A stretch of 64,000 nt of DNA from Gaiellaceae bacterium (GCA_036496305.1 DASXLJ010000003.1:23777-87776); one strand, 5' to 3'. Positions 7,923 through 17,267 are shown, counted from the first letter of the stretch. Notes: generated by a model from the sequence alone, not told the origin. Translations and numbers: made by a program.

Positions 7923-8897
7923 ATGGCAGAGCTCACGTACCTCCAAGCGATTTCCGACGGACTGCGCACCGAGATGCGGCGGGACAAGCGCGTCTTCCTC
8001 ATCGGTGAGGACGTCGGCGTGTACGGCGGCGCGTTCAAGGTGTCGCTCGGCTTCCAGGAGGAGTTCGGCCCGTGGCGCGTCATCGACGCACCGCTCGCCG
8101 AGACTGCGATCGTCGGCGGCGCGACCGGCGCGGCGATCATGGGCCTTCGCCCCGTCGCCGAGATGCAGTTCGCCGACTTCATCTCGTGCGCGTGGGATCA
8201 CCTCGTCACGATCGCTGCGAAGCAGCGCTGGCGCGCGGGCACTCCCGTGCCGATCGTCGTGCGCCTCCCGTCGGGCGGCGGCTTCTCGGGTGGCCCGTTC
8301 CACTCGCAGAACCCCGAGTCGTCGTTCGCGCACATCCCCGGCCTCAAGTGCGTCTGCCCGTCGACGCCGGAGGACGCGAAGGGCCTGCTCATCAGCGCGA
8401 TCGAGGATCCGAACCCCGTCCTCTACTTCGAGCACAAGCACCTCTACCGCCGCATCAAGGGCGAGGTGCCCGAGGAGCGGTACACGACGCCGATCGGCAA
8501 GGCGCGCACGCACCAGGAGGGCTCCGACATCTCGGTGATCACGTGGGGCGCGATGGTCTACACCGCCGAGGAGGCCGCGCAGCAGCTCGACGCCGACGGC
8601 GTCTCGGTCGAGATCATCGACCTGCGCACCGTCATGCCGTGGGACAAGGCCGCGGTGCTCGAGTCGGCGCGCAAGACGTCGAAGGTGCTCGTCCTCCACG
8701 AGGACACGCGTACCGGCGGGTTCGGCGCCGAGATCGCGGCGTCGATCGCGGAGGAGGCGTTTGAGGATCTCGACGCGCCCGTGAAGCGCATCGCGGCTCC
8801 CGACTGTCCCGTCCCGTTCTCGCCGGTGCTCGAGAAGGCATTCATCCCGCAGGTCGACGACGTCGTCGGCGGTCTGCGCGAACTCGCTGCGTATTAG
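7923..8897 (+). CDS. 2-oxoacid dehydrogenase E1 beta subunit
   Basis: MAELTYLQAISDGLRTEMRRDKRVFLIGEDVGVYGGAFKVS...RVIDAPLAETAIVG is a typical E1 beta. Confidence 0.92.
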   Translation: MAELTYLQAISDGLRTEMRRDKRVFLIGEDVGVYGGAFKVSLGFQEEFGPWRVIDAPLAETAIVGGATGAAIMGLRPVAEMQFADFISCAWDHLVTIAAKQRWRAGTPVPIVVRLPSGGGFSGGPFHSQNPESSFAHIPGLKCVCPSTPEDAKGLLISAIEDPNPVLYFEHKHLYRRIKGEVPEERYTTPIGKARTHQEGSDISVITWGAMVYTAEEAAQQLDADGVSVEIIDLRTVMPWDKAAVLESARKTSKVLVLHEDTRTGGFGAEIAASIAEEAFEDLDAPVKRIAAPDCPVPFSPVLEKAFIPQVDDVVGGLRELAAY

Positions 8898-8909
8898 AAA
8901 GGAAGCCGC

Positions 8910-10268
8910 ATGGCCACGGAGACCGCTGTCGAAGTCGTGATGCCGCAGATGGGCGTGTCCGTTTCGGAGGGCACGATCACCCGCTGGCTCAAGCAGGAGG
9001 GCGAGCACGTCGAAGCCGACGAGCCGCTGCTCGAGATCTCGACGGACAAGGTCGACACCGAGGTGCCGAGCCCGGGAACGGGGACGTTGACGCAGATCTT
9101 CGTCCAGGAGGGCGAGACGGTCGACGTCGGCACGAAGCTTGGCCAGATCGGCGGGGAGGCCGGCGCGAGCGCTCCCGCTCCCGCGGCCGAGCCCGAGGCT
9201 GCTCCGGCCGAAGAGGCTGCCGCGCCCGAGCCCGTCGCGCCCGCGGCGGAGGAAGCGCCGGCCGCCGCAGCACCTGCACCGGCAGCGCCCGAGCCCGCCG
9301 CGAGCGGTAACGGCAAGGCGTTCGTCTCGCCGGTCGTCGCGCGCATCGCGTCCGAGCACGGCGTCGATCCGAGCCAGGTCGCCGGCACGGGCCAGGGCGG
9401 CCGCGTGACGAAGAAGGACATCCTCGCGTTCGTCGAGTCCGGGGGAGCGCAAGCAGCTCCGGCTGCTCTCGCAGCACCGGCCGCCGAGCCTGCCGCGCCT
9501 GCGGCACCGGCAAAGCCCGCCGCTCCCGCTCCTGTCGCCGCCGGCGAAACGCTTCCCGGCGAGTCGCTCGAGCCGATCTCGGCCATGCGGCGCGGCATCG
9601 CGCACCACATGCGCCAGTCGCTCGACACGAGCGCCCACGTCACGAGCGCGATCGAGGTCGACTTCTCGCGCATCGTCGCGGCGCGGAACAACCTCAAGAA
9701 GGAGTACCAGTCCGCGTACGGCGTCAACCCGACGTACCTCGCGTTCATCGCGAAGGCGACCGTCGAGGTGCTGCGCGAATACCCGTACGTGAACGCCGAG
9801 ATGCGCGGCGACTCGATCGTCACGCGCAACTTCGTCAACCTCGGCATCGCCGTCGAGCTCGCGGAGGGCAAGGGGCTCATCGTCCCGGTCATCCGCAACG
9901 CCGAGACCCTCAACCTCCTCGGCCTCGCAAAGGGCATCGTCGACATCGCGAACAAGGCGCGCAACAAGCAGCTCGTCCCGGACGACGTTCAGGGCGGCAC
10001 GTTCACGATCACGAACCCCGGCGGCTACGGCACGTTCCACGGAACGCCCGTCATCTCGCAGCCGCAGTCGGCGATCCTCGGCACGTACGCGCTCGTGAAG
10101 CGGCCGTGGGTGATCACGGACGAGACCGGCAACGACGCGATCGCGATCAAGCCGATGATGAACATCACGCTGACCTACGACCACCGCCTCGTCGACGGCG
10201 CGTACGCGGGCCGCTTCCTCCGCGGCCTGCGCGAGCTCCTCGAGGGCTGGGAGGGCGACGGCGGCTGA
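8910..10268 (+). CDS. Dihydrolipoamide acyltransferase E2 (lipoyl domain, Ala/Pro linkers, catalytic domain)
   Basis: Lipoyl attachment motif EISTDKVDTEVPSP, a peripheral subunit-binding segment VSPVVARIASEHGVD, and the catalytic DHRLVDGA motif. Confidence 0.92.
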   Translation: MATETAVEVVMPQMGVSVSEGTITRWLKQEGEHVEADEPLLEISTDKVDTEVPSPGTGTLTQIFVQEGETVDVGTKLGQIGGEAGASAPAPAAEPEAAPAEEAAAPEPVAPAAEEAPAAAAPAPAAPEPAASGNGKAFVSPVVARIASEHGVDPSQVAGTGQGGRVTKKDILAFVESGGAQAAPAALAAPAAEPAAPAAPAKPAAPAPVAAGETLPGESLEPISAMRRGIAHHMRQSLDTSAHVTSAIEVDFSRIVAARNNLKKEYQSAYGVNPTYLAFIAKATVEVLREYPYVNAEMRGDSIVTRNFVNLGIAVELAEGKGLIVPVIRNAETLNLLGLAKGIVDIANKARNKQLVPDDVQGGTFTITNPGGYGTFHGTPVISQPQSAILGTYALVKRPWVITDETGNDAIAIKPMMNITLTYDHRLVDGAYAGRFLRGLRELLEGWEGDGG

Positions 10269-10693
10269 TGTCGCAGCGGCTCGTCCCGTTCCTCGGGTAC
10301 GAGGACGCAGCCGCCGCGATCGATTGGCTCTGCGCCGCGTTCGGCGCGGTCGAGAACAACGACGCTCGCGCGGTGGATTCCGACGGCACCGTGATGCACG
10401 CCGAGCTCGACATCGAGGGGTCGACAATCTTCCTCTCGACGCCCGACGGCTACGTCTCCTCCCGCCGGCACCGCGAGAACTGCGAGGCCGAGCGGTCGAT
10501 GCACGACAACGCGTGGGTGATCGACGGCTTGTTCGTCGAGGTGGACGACGTCGAAGCGCACCACGCACGCGCCGACGAGCACGGCGCGACGATCGTCCGC
10601 GGACTCGACGAGCCGGGCGTCGGGTTCCGCGTCTATACGGCGGAAGACCTCGAAGGCCACCGCTGGATGTTCGGGCAGCGCCTCGAGAGCTAG
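10268..10693 (+). CDS. VOC/glyoxalase-fold protein (PhnB-like), 141 aa
   Basis: MSQRLVPFLGYEDAAAAIDWLCAAFGA...MHAELDIEGSTIFL...VYTAEDLEGHRWMFGQ. ATG overlaps the E2 stop. Confidence 0.75.
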   Translation: MSQRLVPFLGYEDAAAAIDWLCAAFGAVENNDARAVDSDGTVMHAELDIEGSTIFLSTPDGYVSSRRHRENCEAERSMHDNAWVIDGLFVEVDDVEAHHARADEHGATIVRGLDEPGVGFRVYTAEDLEGHRWMFGQRLES

Positions 10694-10887
10694 GCGTCGC
10701 TGCGGCGACCGCCGCCCATCCGTCCGACTCCGCTCACTCCTCCGAGCTCCTCCACGAGAAGAGCACCGGCGAAGCACGCGAGCCCGAGCACGAGGAAGTT
10801 GAAGGCATCGGCGCCGGTCGTGATGGCGGCGACGATGAAGAAGATGATCGCGACCACCAAGAGGATCGCGCGCAGGCCTAGCTGCAT
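10690..10887 (-). CDS. Small hydrophobic protein (65 aa, 2 TM)
   Basis: MQLGLRAILLVVAIIFFIVAAITTGADAFNFLVLGLACFAGALLV. Membrane-like composition only. Confidence 0.4.
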   Translation of the reverse strand: MQLGLRAILLVVAIIFFIVAAITTGADAFNFLVLGLACFAGALLVEELGGVSGVGRMGGGRRSDA

Positions 10888-10941
10888 CGATTGGCTCCTT
10901 CCGTGCGTAGGTGAGAGCCTCTAGTGCCGCGTTGCCCAGAT

Positions 10942-11436
10942 CTAAAACGCAGCCGCGGCGAGCACACCCGCGAGCGGCGCCGGGATCTCGTCCGGCTCGA
11001 GCATCTCGACGAGCATCGGCAGGTAGCGGTAGCGGCGGCGGTCCGCCGACTGGAGCCAGCGCGGCAACCCCTCCGCCGCCGAGCGACCGCGCCACGCAGG
11101 CTGGTTCTGGAAGTGCCGGAAGGTCGCGAGCTCGCCCTGCTCCTCGAGAAGCTCCTCGACCCGCGGCACGCCGACGGCCCGCAGGAGCTCGTCCTCGATG
11201 TCCTTCACGCACACGAACGTCCTCTCGCCGAGGACGCGGCGGAAGAAGCGCTCCTCGTTGACGTCGCACAATCCGACGACGCGCTCGTCGCCGTCGTACT
11301 CGGCCGCGGCGCGGCGAACCGCCTGCGCGCCGCCGATCGGCTCGATGTCGATCCCGCGCAAGCCCAGGCCGAGCCGAGCGGCGACAGCCTCGAGCGCGAG
11401 CTTGTCGGTGATGCCTTCGACGAGGATGACGGCCAT
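10942..11436 (-). CDS. Stand-alone Toprim-domain protein (OLD-nuclease-type Toprim, no ATPase)
   Basis: N-terminal MAVILVEGITDKLALE matches the Toprim ILVEGxxD glutamate motif, with later acidic residues (LCDVNEE, VKDIEDE). 164 aa only. Confidence 0.55.
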   Translation of the reverse strand: MAVILVEGITDKLALEAVAARLGLGLRGIDIEPIGGAQAVRRAAAEYDGDERVVGLCDVNEERFFRRVLGERTFVCVKDIEDELLRAVGVPRVEELLEEQGELATFRHFQNQPAWRGRSAAEGLPRWLQSADRRRYRYLPMLVEMLEPDEIPAPLAGVLAAAAF

Positions 11437-11459
11437 CCCCTGACGCTAGCGGCGCCGCG

Positions 11460-12242
11460 TCAGCCGACCGGCTGAATGGTCCCCGACTCGGCGACGTTTG
11501 CCGACACCCAAGCCTTGGGATCGAAGACCTCGACCTGGTACGGAACCCCGCGGAAGGCAAGGAGAACGCTCCTCGGGTCTTTGGGCCTCGCGAAGAGGAA
11601 ACTCCCACCCGGCCCGGTGACCCCTCTCCCGTGGGCTACTACCTTGAGTCCCAGGTATCCGCCGCCGTAAGCCTCGCCGAACGGATACGTGGCCACGATG
11701 AGGTAAGGCCCGTCCGGTGCGCCCGCCGGAACCCCCTCCGGCAGATAGCGCACAAAGGAGTAGCCATTTGCGGCGCGGGTGAACTCGTACGAGAACCCCT
11801 CTTCCGCCCCGGCCCAGTAGATCGGCCCTCCACTCGCCGTTGCCTCGGCCGCGAGCTCGGCGGGAGACATGAGACGCGGTCTGACCACAGGCAGCGGTCG
11901 CATCACCCCGGTCGGGCCCGACGCCGAGCCCGCCCATGCCGCATCGGTCGGCCCCCACGACTGCGTCACTACCGCACCGGTCGGGCCCTTCGGACCGGTC
12001 GGTCCTTGCGGACCACCGGTCGCACCACCGATACCGGTCACACCTCGAACCCCGGTCGCGCCGGTAGCGCCGGTCGCACCGCTCGCACCAGTCGCACCGG
12101 TCGCACCGGTCGCACCGATCGCACCGGTCGCACCGTAGCTCGACGGATCACGACGCGAGGCGTTCGTCCACGCAGTGAGCACGAGGACGCACACGACGAT
12201 CCCCGAGATCGCCCCGACAAGCACGATGAGCCGCCGCCCCAT
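11460..12242 (-). CDS. Membrane-anchored collagen-like (G-X-Y) repeat protein
   Basis: [25 protein letters not shown] (TM), then 18 uninterrupted G-X-Y triplets ([21 protein letters not shown]...[14 protein letters not shown]), then a ~150-aa C-terminal domain. Confidence 0.7.
   Translation of the reverse strand: MGRRLIVLVGAISGIVVCVLVLTAWTNASRRDPSSYGATGAIGATGATGATGASGATGATGATGVRGVTGIGGATGGPQGPTGPKGPTGAVVTQSWGPTDAAWAGSASGPTGVMRPLPVVRPRLMSPAELAAEATASGGPIYWAGAEEGFSYEFTRAANGYSFVRYLPEGVPAGAPDGPYLIVATYPFGEAYGGGYLGLKVVAHGRGVTGPGGSFLFARPKDPRSVLLAFRGVPYQVEVFDPKAWVSANVAESGTIQPVG
11973..12134 (-). repeat. In-frame 9-bp tandem repeat tract (GGTCGCACC family) encoding the G-X-Y region
   Basis: Near-perfect GGTCGCACC units are visible at 12072-12133 and degenerate units down to ~11973. 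Confidence 0.85.
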
Positions 12243-12259
12243 CTCACGATTATCCCCCG

Positions 12260-12601
12260 TCAGAAGCCCAGCGCCAAGTTCTTGCGGTACCAGAGGACAT
12301 CCGTGCCCGTCGGGAAACCCTCGACCCGGCCGACGAGCTCGTACCCGCACCGCTCGTACAACCGTCCCGCCTGAAACGACCACGTGAAGTGGACGGTCTG
12401 CGTGCACCCACGGGCAACCGCTTCAGCCTCGGCGGCGGCAATCAGCCGAGTCCACAGCCAGCTTCCGCGCAGACTCGGATCGACCCAGAGGCTCTGTAAC
12501 TCGCAGCAGTCGCCCCATGTCCAGCCGCTGACGCCCGCGACGATCCTGCCGGCGTCGTCGCGGACGAAGATCGCCAGCTCGACCTCTTCTCCGAGCCCCA
12601 T
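12260..12601 (-). CDS. GNAT-family N-acetyltransferase, apparently lacking the usual N-terminal ~40 aa
   Basis: [32 protein letters not shown]...[16 protein letters not shown] (acetyl-CoA motif A region). The frame stays open upstream (VELSVEADPDPRDLEFLETRIRREASAA) but has no ATG/GTG/TTG. Confidence 0.65.
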   Translation of the reverse strand: MGLGEEVELAIFVRDDAGRIVAGVSGWTWGDCCELQSLWVDPSLRGSWLWTRLIAAAEAEAVARGCTQTVHFTWSFQAGRLYERCGYELVGRVEGFPTGTDVLWYRKNLALGF

Positions 12602-12689
12602 CGCGGCAGACGCCTCGCGGCGAATCCGCGTCTCGAGGAACTCGAGATCGCGCGGATCGGGATCGGCTTCGACCGAGAGCTCGACCGGT

Positions 12690-12923
12690 CTACCCCCCGA
12701 GGATCTTGGCCTTCGCGGCCGCGAACTCTTCGTCCGTCAGCGCACCGGAGGCATGCAGCTGTGCGAGCTCCTGCAACTGATCTGCGTCGCTCGCGGGAGC
12801 CGCAGCAGGCGGCGCCTCGGAGTACTCCTCCTGCGGTTCGTCGTTGCGACCGCGCGAGGCAGCCGCGCCGATCGCTGCGCCGGCGATCAACCCGCGGCGG
12901 CGTGCCCGTCTCCTGAATCCCAT
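12690..12923 (-). CDS. SHOCT-domain small protein (77 aa)
   Basis: C-terminal DQLQELAQLHASGALTDEEFAAAKAKILGG is the SHOCT signature. GGAAGGAG RBS before ATG 12921-12923 (rc). Confidence 0.7.
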   Translation of the reverse strand: MGFRRRARRRGLIAGAAIGAAASRGRNDEPQEEYSEAPPAAAPASDADQLQELAQLHASGALTDEEFAAAKAKILGG

Positions 12924-13085
12924 GGTGCGCTCCTTCCGATTGGGCCTGAGTCTTCGAGAGACTCGGTTCGGCGAGCGTACTCGATCCCCTACCGCGGGCT
13001 CAGTGCGAGCGCGATGACGACTGCCATTGCCGCCCGCACGAGTATGCAGCCCTCGCTGTCCTGGGAGGCTGCGAAGCTTCACGCG

Positions 13086-13535
13086 ATGAGCGGCACCCGC
13101 GAACCGCCGGTCCGCCGCGTGCAGTCGCGCATGCGGAAGCGCGCGATGCTCGCCGTCGAGAACCGGCGCGTGCTTCCGTACCTCATCGGCGTCATCGCGT
13201 CAACGAGCGTGGCGACCGGGCTCATCGCGCATCTGATCGACCGCAAGGACTTTCCGTCGTTCGGAATCGGTGTCTGGTGGGCGATCGTCACGCTCGGAAC
13301 CGTCGGCTACGGCGACGTCGTGCCGCACACCGCATGGGGACGAGTACTCGGCAGCGTGGTGATCGTCGGCGGGGTGACGTTCATCTCGTTCCTCATAGCG
13401 ATCGTCACCTCGCTGTTCGTCGACGCGGGCCGTGACGCCGAACACGAGTCGAGCGAGGCGCGACACGCCGAGACGATGGATCTCCTCCGCCAGATGGACG
13501 CCCGGCTCCAGGCTCTTGAGGGCACTAACGACTAA
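13086..13535 (+). CDS. Two-TM potassium channel (KcsA-like, no RCK domain)
   Basis: Selectivity filter TLGTVGYGDV flanked by two TM helices. Alternative starts at MRKRA or MLAVEN. Confidence 0.85.
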   Translation: MSGTREPPVRRVQSRMRKRAMLAVENRRVLPYLIGVIASTSVATGLIAHLIDRKDFPSFGIGVWWAIVTLGTVGYGDVVPHTAWGRVLGSVVIVGGVTFISFLIAIVTSLFVDAGRDAEHESSEARHAETMDLLRQMDARLQALEGTND

Positions 13536-13558
13536 TCGCTTGACGCTAGCCTGACCGG

Positions 13559-14272
13559 GTGGCGACCGGCGGGTATCTCCTCGAGCTCGGCGCGACGCCG
13601 TACCTCGAGGCGTGGAACATCCAGCGCTCACTCGCAGGCGCCGTCTCGCAGGGCGCGATTCCCGACACGATCATGCTGCTCGAGCATCCGCCCGTCGTGA
13701 CGCTCGGCCGGCGCACGGAGGACGACGAGCTCCACATCCCCGAGAACACGGCCGTCGAGATCGTCGAGACGAACCGCGGCGGCAAGTCGACGTTTCACGG
13801 CCCGGGCCAGCTCGTGTGTTACCCGATCCTCGATCTCAAGCGCCACGGCAGCGACGTCAAGCAGTACGTGCGCGACCTCGAGGAGGCGCTGATCAGAACG
13901 CTCGCGCCGCTCGGCCTCGAGGGGACGAGAATCGACGGACTCGCCGGCGTCTGGCTCGCGCGTCCGCCGCGGAAGATCGCGTCGATCGGCGTCCATGTCT
14001 CGCGCTGGGTGACGACGCACGGCTATGCGCTCAACGTCGATCTCGATCCGGCGCCGTTCACCGACTGGATCACCGCGTGCGGCCTCGAGGACGCGATGTT
14101 CACGACGATCGCGCGTGAGCTCGACCGGCCGGTGACCGTTGACGATGTCCGGCCGCACGCCGTCGCCGCGCTCGAAGAGGTGTTCGGTCTCGAGCTCGAG
14201 GCGCTACCCGCCGAGGACGGCGCCGGGCTCTGGCCGCAGCCGCGCCACGCGCAGCTCGCGGCGAAGGCCTAG
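13559..14272 (+). CDS. lipB: Lipoyl(octanoyl) transferase
   Basis: LLEHPPVVTLGRR...NRGGKSTFHGPGQLVCYPILDL...KIASIGVHVSRWVTTHGYALNV are LipB motifs. Confidence 0.92.
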   Translation: MATGGYLLELGATPYLEAWNIQRSLAGAVSQGAIPDTIMLLEHPPVVTLGRRTEDDELHIPENTAVEIVETNRGGKSTFHGPGQLVCYPILDLKRHGSDVKQYVRDLEEALIRTLAPLGLEGTRIDGLAGVWLARPPRKIASIGVHVSRWVTTHGYALNVDLDPAPFTDWITACGLEDAMFTTIARELDRPVTVDDVRPHAVAALEEVFGLELEALPAEDGAGLWPQPRHAQLAAKA

Positions 14273-14745
14273 GCGAGCCACTCCTCGCGGAACTCGGCTC
14301 GCTCCCCGGCCGGGAAGCGCGCGTACGCGACCTTCGACTCCGACGTATCGGCTTCGGCGGACGCGTTGTGCTTCATCGCGACCTCGGAATACGGATACGC
14401 GCCAGCGTCGTCGCCGCTGCGCGCTCCGACGGCGAGAACGAGAGTCGGCGCGCCACCCGCACCGACGATCGTGTGCGGAACGCCGCCCGGGCAGTGGAAG
14501 TAGTCCCATTGCCGAAGCTGCCGCTCCTCATCCTCGACGATCAGAAGGGCTTCGCCTGAGAGGACGAGGAACCCTTCCTGATCGCCTTCCCAGTGGTACA
14601 TCGCCATCGGCTCGCCCGGAGCGAGCACCCAGAGGTTGGCGCCGACCTGCGAGCCCTCGGACGGGGCGAATTCGGCGACGAACCCCCCGGGACGGTTCTC
14701 CCACCACTCGAGGTCGCGCGCGTTGGGCACAGACCATGGCGTCAT
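14269..14745 (-). CDS. Cupin-domain protein (158 aa)
   Basis: VLAPGEPMAMYHWEGDQEGFLVLSGEALLIVEDEERQLRQWDYFHCPGGVPHTIVGAG. Paralogue of the adjacent gene and of 2971-3468. Confidence 0.8.
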   Translation of the reverse strand: MTPWSVPNARDLEWWENRPGGFVAEFAPSEGSQVGANLWVLAPGEPMAMYHWEGDQEGFLVLSGEALLIVEDEERQLRQWDYFHCPGGVPHTIVGAGGAPTLVLAVGARSGDDAGAYPYSEVAMKHNASAEADTSESKVAYARFPAGERAEFREEWLA

Positions 14746-15224
14746 GCGAGCCAGCGCTCCTCGAACTCGGCCGGCTCCCGGTCGGGGAAACGCGCGTAGG
14801 CGACGTCAGGATCTGTCGTCTCCTCCTCGGCCGAGGCGTCGTATTTCATCGCGAGCTCGGAGTACGGGTAGCCGCCCCAGCCGTCGCCGGTCTGGTGGTC
14901 GCGTGCACCGATCGCGAGGATGACGCACGTCCCCGTACCGGCGCCGATGCGCGTGTGTGGAACGCCGGGCGGGCAGTGGACGTAGTCCCATTGCCGAATC
15001 GTCCGCTCCTCGCCGTCGATGACGAGAATCGCCTCGCCCGAGAGGACGAGGAAGCCTTCCTGGTCGGCCTCCCAGTGGTACATCGCCATCTTGTCGCCGG
15101 GCTCGAGCACGAAGACGTTGACGCCGACTTGCGCGCTGTCGTCCTCGACGGCGTCGGTGACCCAGCCGCCGGGGCCGCGCTTCCACCACTCCATGTCACG
15201 GAGGTTGCGAACGGACCAAGCCAT
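14742..15224 (-). CDS. Cupin-domain protein (160 aa), tandem paralogue
   Basis: MAWSVRNLRDMEWWKRGPGGW...VLEPGDKMAMYHWEADQEGFLVLSGEAILVIDGEERTIRQWDYVHCPPGVPH. 4-nt overlap with the downstream paralogue. Confidence 0.8.
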   Translation of the reverse strand: MAWSVRNLRDMEWWKRGPGGWVTDAVEDDSAQVGVNVFVLEPGDKMAMYHWEADQEGFLVLSGEAILVIDGEERTIRQWDYVHCPPGVPHTRIGAGTGTCVILAIGARDHQTGDGWGGYPYSELAMKYDASAEEETTDPDVAYARFPDREPAEFEERWLA

Positions 15225-15232
15225 GCCGCGAA

Positions 15233-15754
15233 CTATGCCCGGAGGCCGTCGAGGACGACGTCGAGATAGCGACGCCAGTGTCCCTCGGGCGCGGTGGTCA
15301 GCGCCGAACGCACGAGGAGCTGCACGTCGCTCGGCTCCACGTCCTTCCGCACTGCGCCGGCACGCTGTGCGCGCGCGACGATCTTGCGCCCTAGCTCGTC
15401 GAGCTCCGCCGCGCCGGGCTTCTCGCCGCAGTGGACGACGCACGCGTGCAGGCCCGGCATCGACATCACGAGCTCGCCGATGCCGCGGATGAAGTCGAAG
15501 AACGCCTCGCCAGGATCGGGCGCGCGAAGCGCCTCCTCAGCGAGGGCGTGCATCTGGGCGACGTGGCGCTCGACGACGGCGAAGACGAGGTCGTCCTTCG
15601 TCGGGAAGCGACGGAACACCGTGGCGTGCCCGACTCCCGCGCGCTTCGCGACCTCGTCGACGCTCGCGTTGGGGCCCGACGCGGCGAACACTTCCGTCGC
15701 CGCGTCGAGCACCCGTTCGAGGTTGCGCTGTGCGTCAGCGCGAAGCTCGACCAT
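15233..15754 (-). CDS. TetR-family transcriptional regulator
   Basis: N-terminal HTH: RNLERVLDAATEVFAASGPNASVDEVAKRAGVGHATVFRRFPTKDDL. Confidence 0.9.
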   Translation of the reverse strand: MVELRADAQRNLERVLDAATEVFAASGPNASVDEVAKRAGVGHATVFRRFPTKDDLVFAVVERHVAQMHALAEEALRAPDPGEAFFDFIRGIGELVMSMPGLHACVVHCGEKPGAAELDELGRKIVARAQRAGAVRKDVEPSDVQLLVRSALTTAPEGHWRRYLDVVLDGLRA

Positions 15755-17211
15755 CAGACGGCCGGGACCGCCCCGACCTCCGCCGCGGCCTCGATCGTCG
15801 CGACGTGCCGCTTCCGCAGCAGCGCCACGAACGCGATGAGGCTCAAGATCACGAACACCGCGGCGCCGTAGAACGCGTACTGCCAGCCGTGCACGATCGA
15901 CGGCAACGAGGCCGAGTCGTACGGGTTCTTGAGCGCAGCTGCGCTCGTGTGACTGATGGCGATCGTCGTGAGAACAGCGAGCCCGAGAGCCCCGCCGACC
16001 TGCTGCGACGTGTTGAAGAGACCGGAGGCGAGGCCCTGATCCTCATCCTTCAGGCCCGTCGTCGCGATGAGCGTGAGGGGCATGAAGATCGCGCCCATGC
16101 CGAGCGAGGCGATGAGCATCCCCGGGAGCACGTCAGACGCGTACGAGGCGCCGGTCGCCGGCATCTGGGCGAAGAGCAAGAGCCCGACCGCCGTCAGCAC
16201 CATCCCGACGACGGCGACGGGCCGCACGCCGAGCCGCGGAGCGAAGGTCGAGGCGAGCCCCGCCGAGAGCATGACGCCGGCGGTGAAGGGCAGGAACGCG
16301 AGCCCGGCCTTGAGCGGTCCGAACTTGAGCACCTCCTGGATGTACTGCGTGTTGTAGAAGAACATCGCGAACATCCCGGAGAACGCGAGGAACATGGAGA
16401 CGTTCGCCGTCGTCAGAGAGCGGACGCGGAAGATCGAGAGCCGGACAAGCGGCTCCGACGAGCGCATCTCGATGAAGACGAAGCTGATGAGCAGCACCGC
16501 CGCCACGAGGAACGAACCGATCGTCGTGACCGACGTCCACCCGTGCTGGTGCCCCGTGACGAGGCCGTACACGAGAATCATCAGCCCGCCGGTCACCGTG
16601 ACGGCGCCGCCGATGTCGTAGCCCTTGTGCTCGTGCTCGTCCTTCGATTCCGGCACGAGCCGCGCCGCCGCAAAGAACGCCGCGATCCCGACCGGGATGT
16701 TGACGAAGAAGATCCAGCGCCAGGAGAGCCACTCGGTGAGCGCGCCGCCAAGGACGAGACCGACCGCCGAGCCGCCGATCGCGATCGCCGCCCACACGCC
16801 GAGTGCCTTCGCGCGCTCCTTCCCTTCTGCGAACGTCGTCGAGATGATCGACAGCGCGGCCGGCGAGATGAGCGCGGCGCCGAGCCCCTGCAGCGCGCGG
16901 AAGCCGATGAGCATCCCCGAGGTCTGCGCGATCCCGTTCAGGAACGACGCAGCCGTAAAGATGACGAGGCCGATCATGAAGATCCGCTTGCGGCCGAGAA
17001 GGTCGCCGAGGCGCCCGCCGAGCAGCAGGAAGCCGGCGAAGACGAGCGTGTACGCGTTGATGATCCACTGCAGGTTGGCCTGCGAGAGGCTCAGCGACTT
17101 CTGGATCGACGGCAGCGCGACGTTCACGATCGTCGCATCGAGGATGACCATGAACTGCGCGAGGCAGATGATGACGAGAACGACCCACGGGTTCGTGCTG
17201 TGACGGCTCAA
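15754..17211 (-). CDS. MFS transporter, DHA2 (EmrB/QacA-like, 14-TM) drug:H+ antiporter
   Basis: 485 aa. LDATIVNVALPSI, GRLGDLLGRKRIF and many hydrophobic segments. Stop overlaps the tetR start (TGATG). Confidence 0.9.
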   Translation of the reverse strand: MSRHSTNPWVVLVIICLAQFMVILDATIVNVALPSIQKSLSLSQANLQWIINAYTLVFAGFLLLGGRLGDLLGRKRIFMIGLVIFTAASFLNGIAQTSGMLIGFRALQGLGAALISPAALSIISTTFAEGKERAKALGVWAAIAIGGSAVGLVLGGALTEWLSWRWIFFVNIPVGIAAFFAAARLVPESKDEHEHKGYDIGGAVTVTGGLMILVYGLVTGHQHGWTSVTTIGSFLVAAVLLISFVFIEMRSSEPLVRLSIFRVRSLTTANVSMFLAFSGMFAMFFYNTQYIQEVLKFGPLKAGLAFLPFTAGVMLSAGLASTFAPRLGVRPVAVVGMVLTAVGLLLFAQMPATGASYASDVLPGMLIASLGMGAIFMPLTLIATTGLKDEDQGLASGLFNTSQQVGGALGLAVLTTIAISHTSAAALKNPYDSASLPSIVHGWQYAFYGAAVFVILSLIAFVALLRKRHVATIEAAAEVGAVPAV

Positions 17212-17230
17212 TTCGGCTCCTTGGCGTAAG

Positions 17231-17267
17231 CGGACTCGGTAGTCCGGTTAGAGTACCAGCGGTACTC
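17231..17267. promoter_or_regulatory. Two adjacent palindromes upstream of the MFS-TetR operon (candidate TetR operator)
   Basis: CGGACT-cggt-AGTCCG (17231-17246) and GAGTACC-agc-GGTACTC (17251-17267) in the 87-bp MFS/lipA divergent spacer. Confidence 0.4.
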
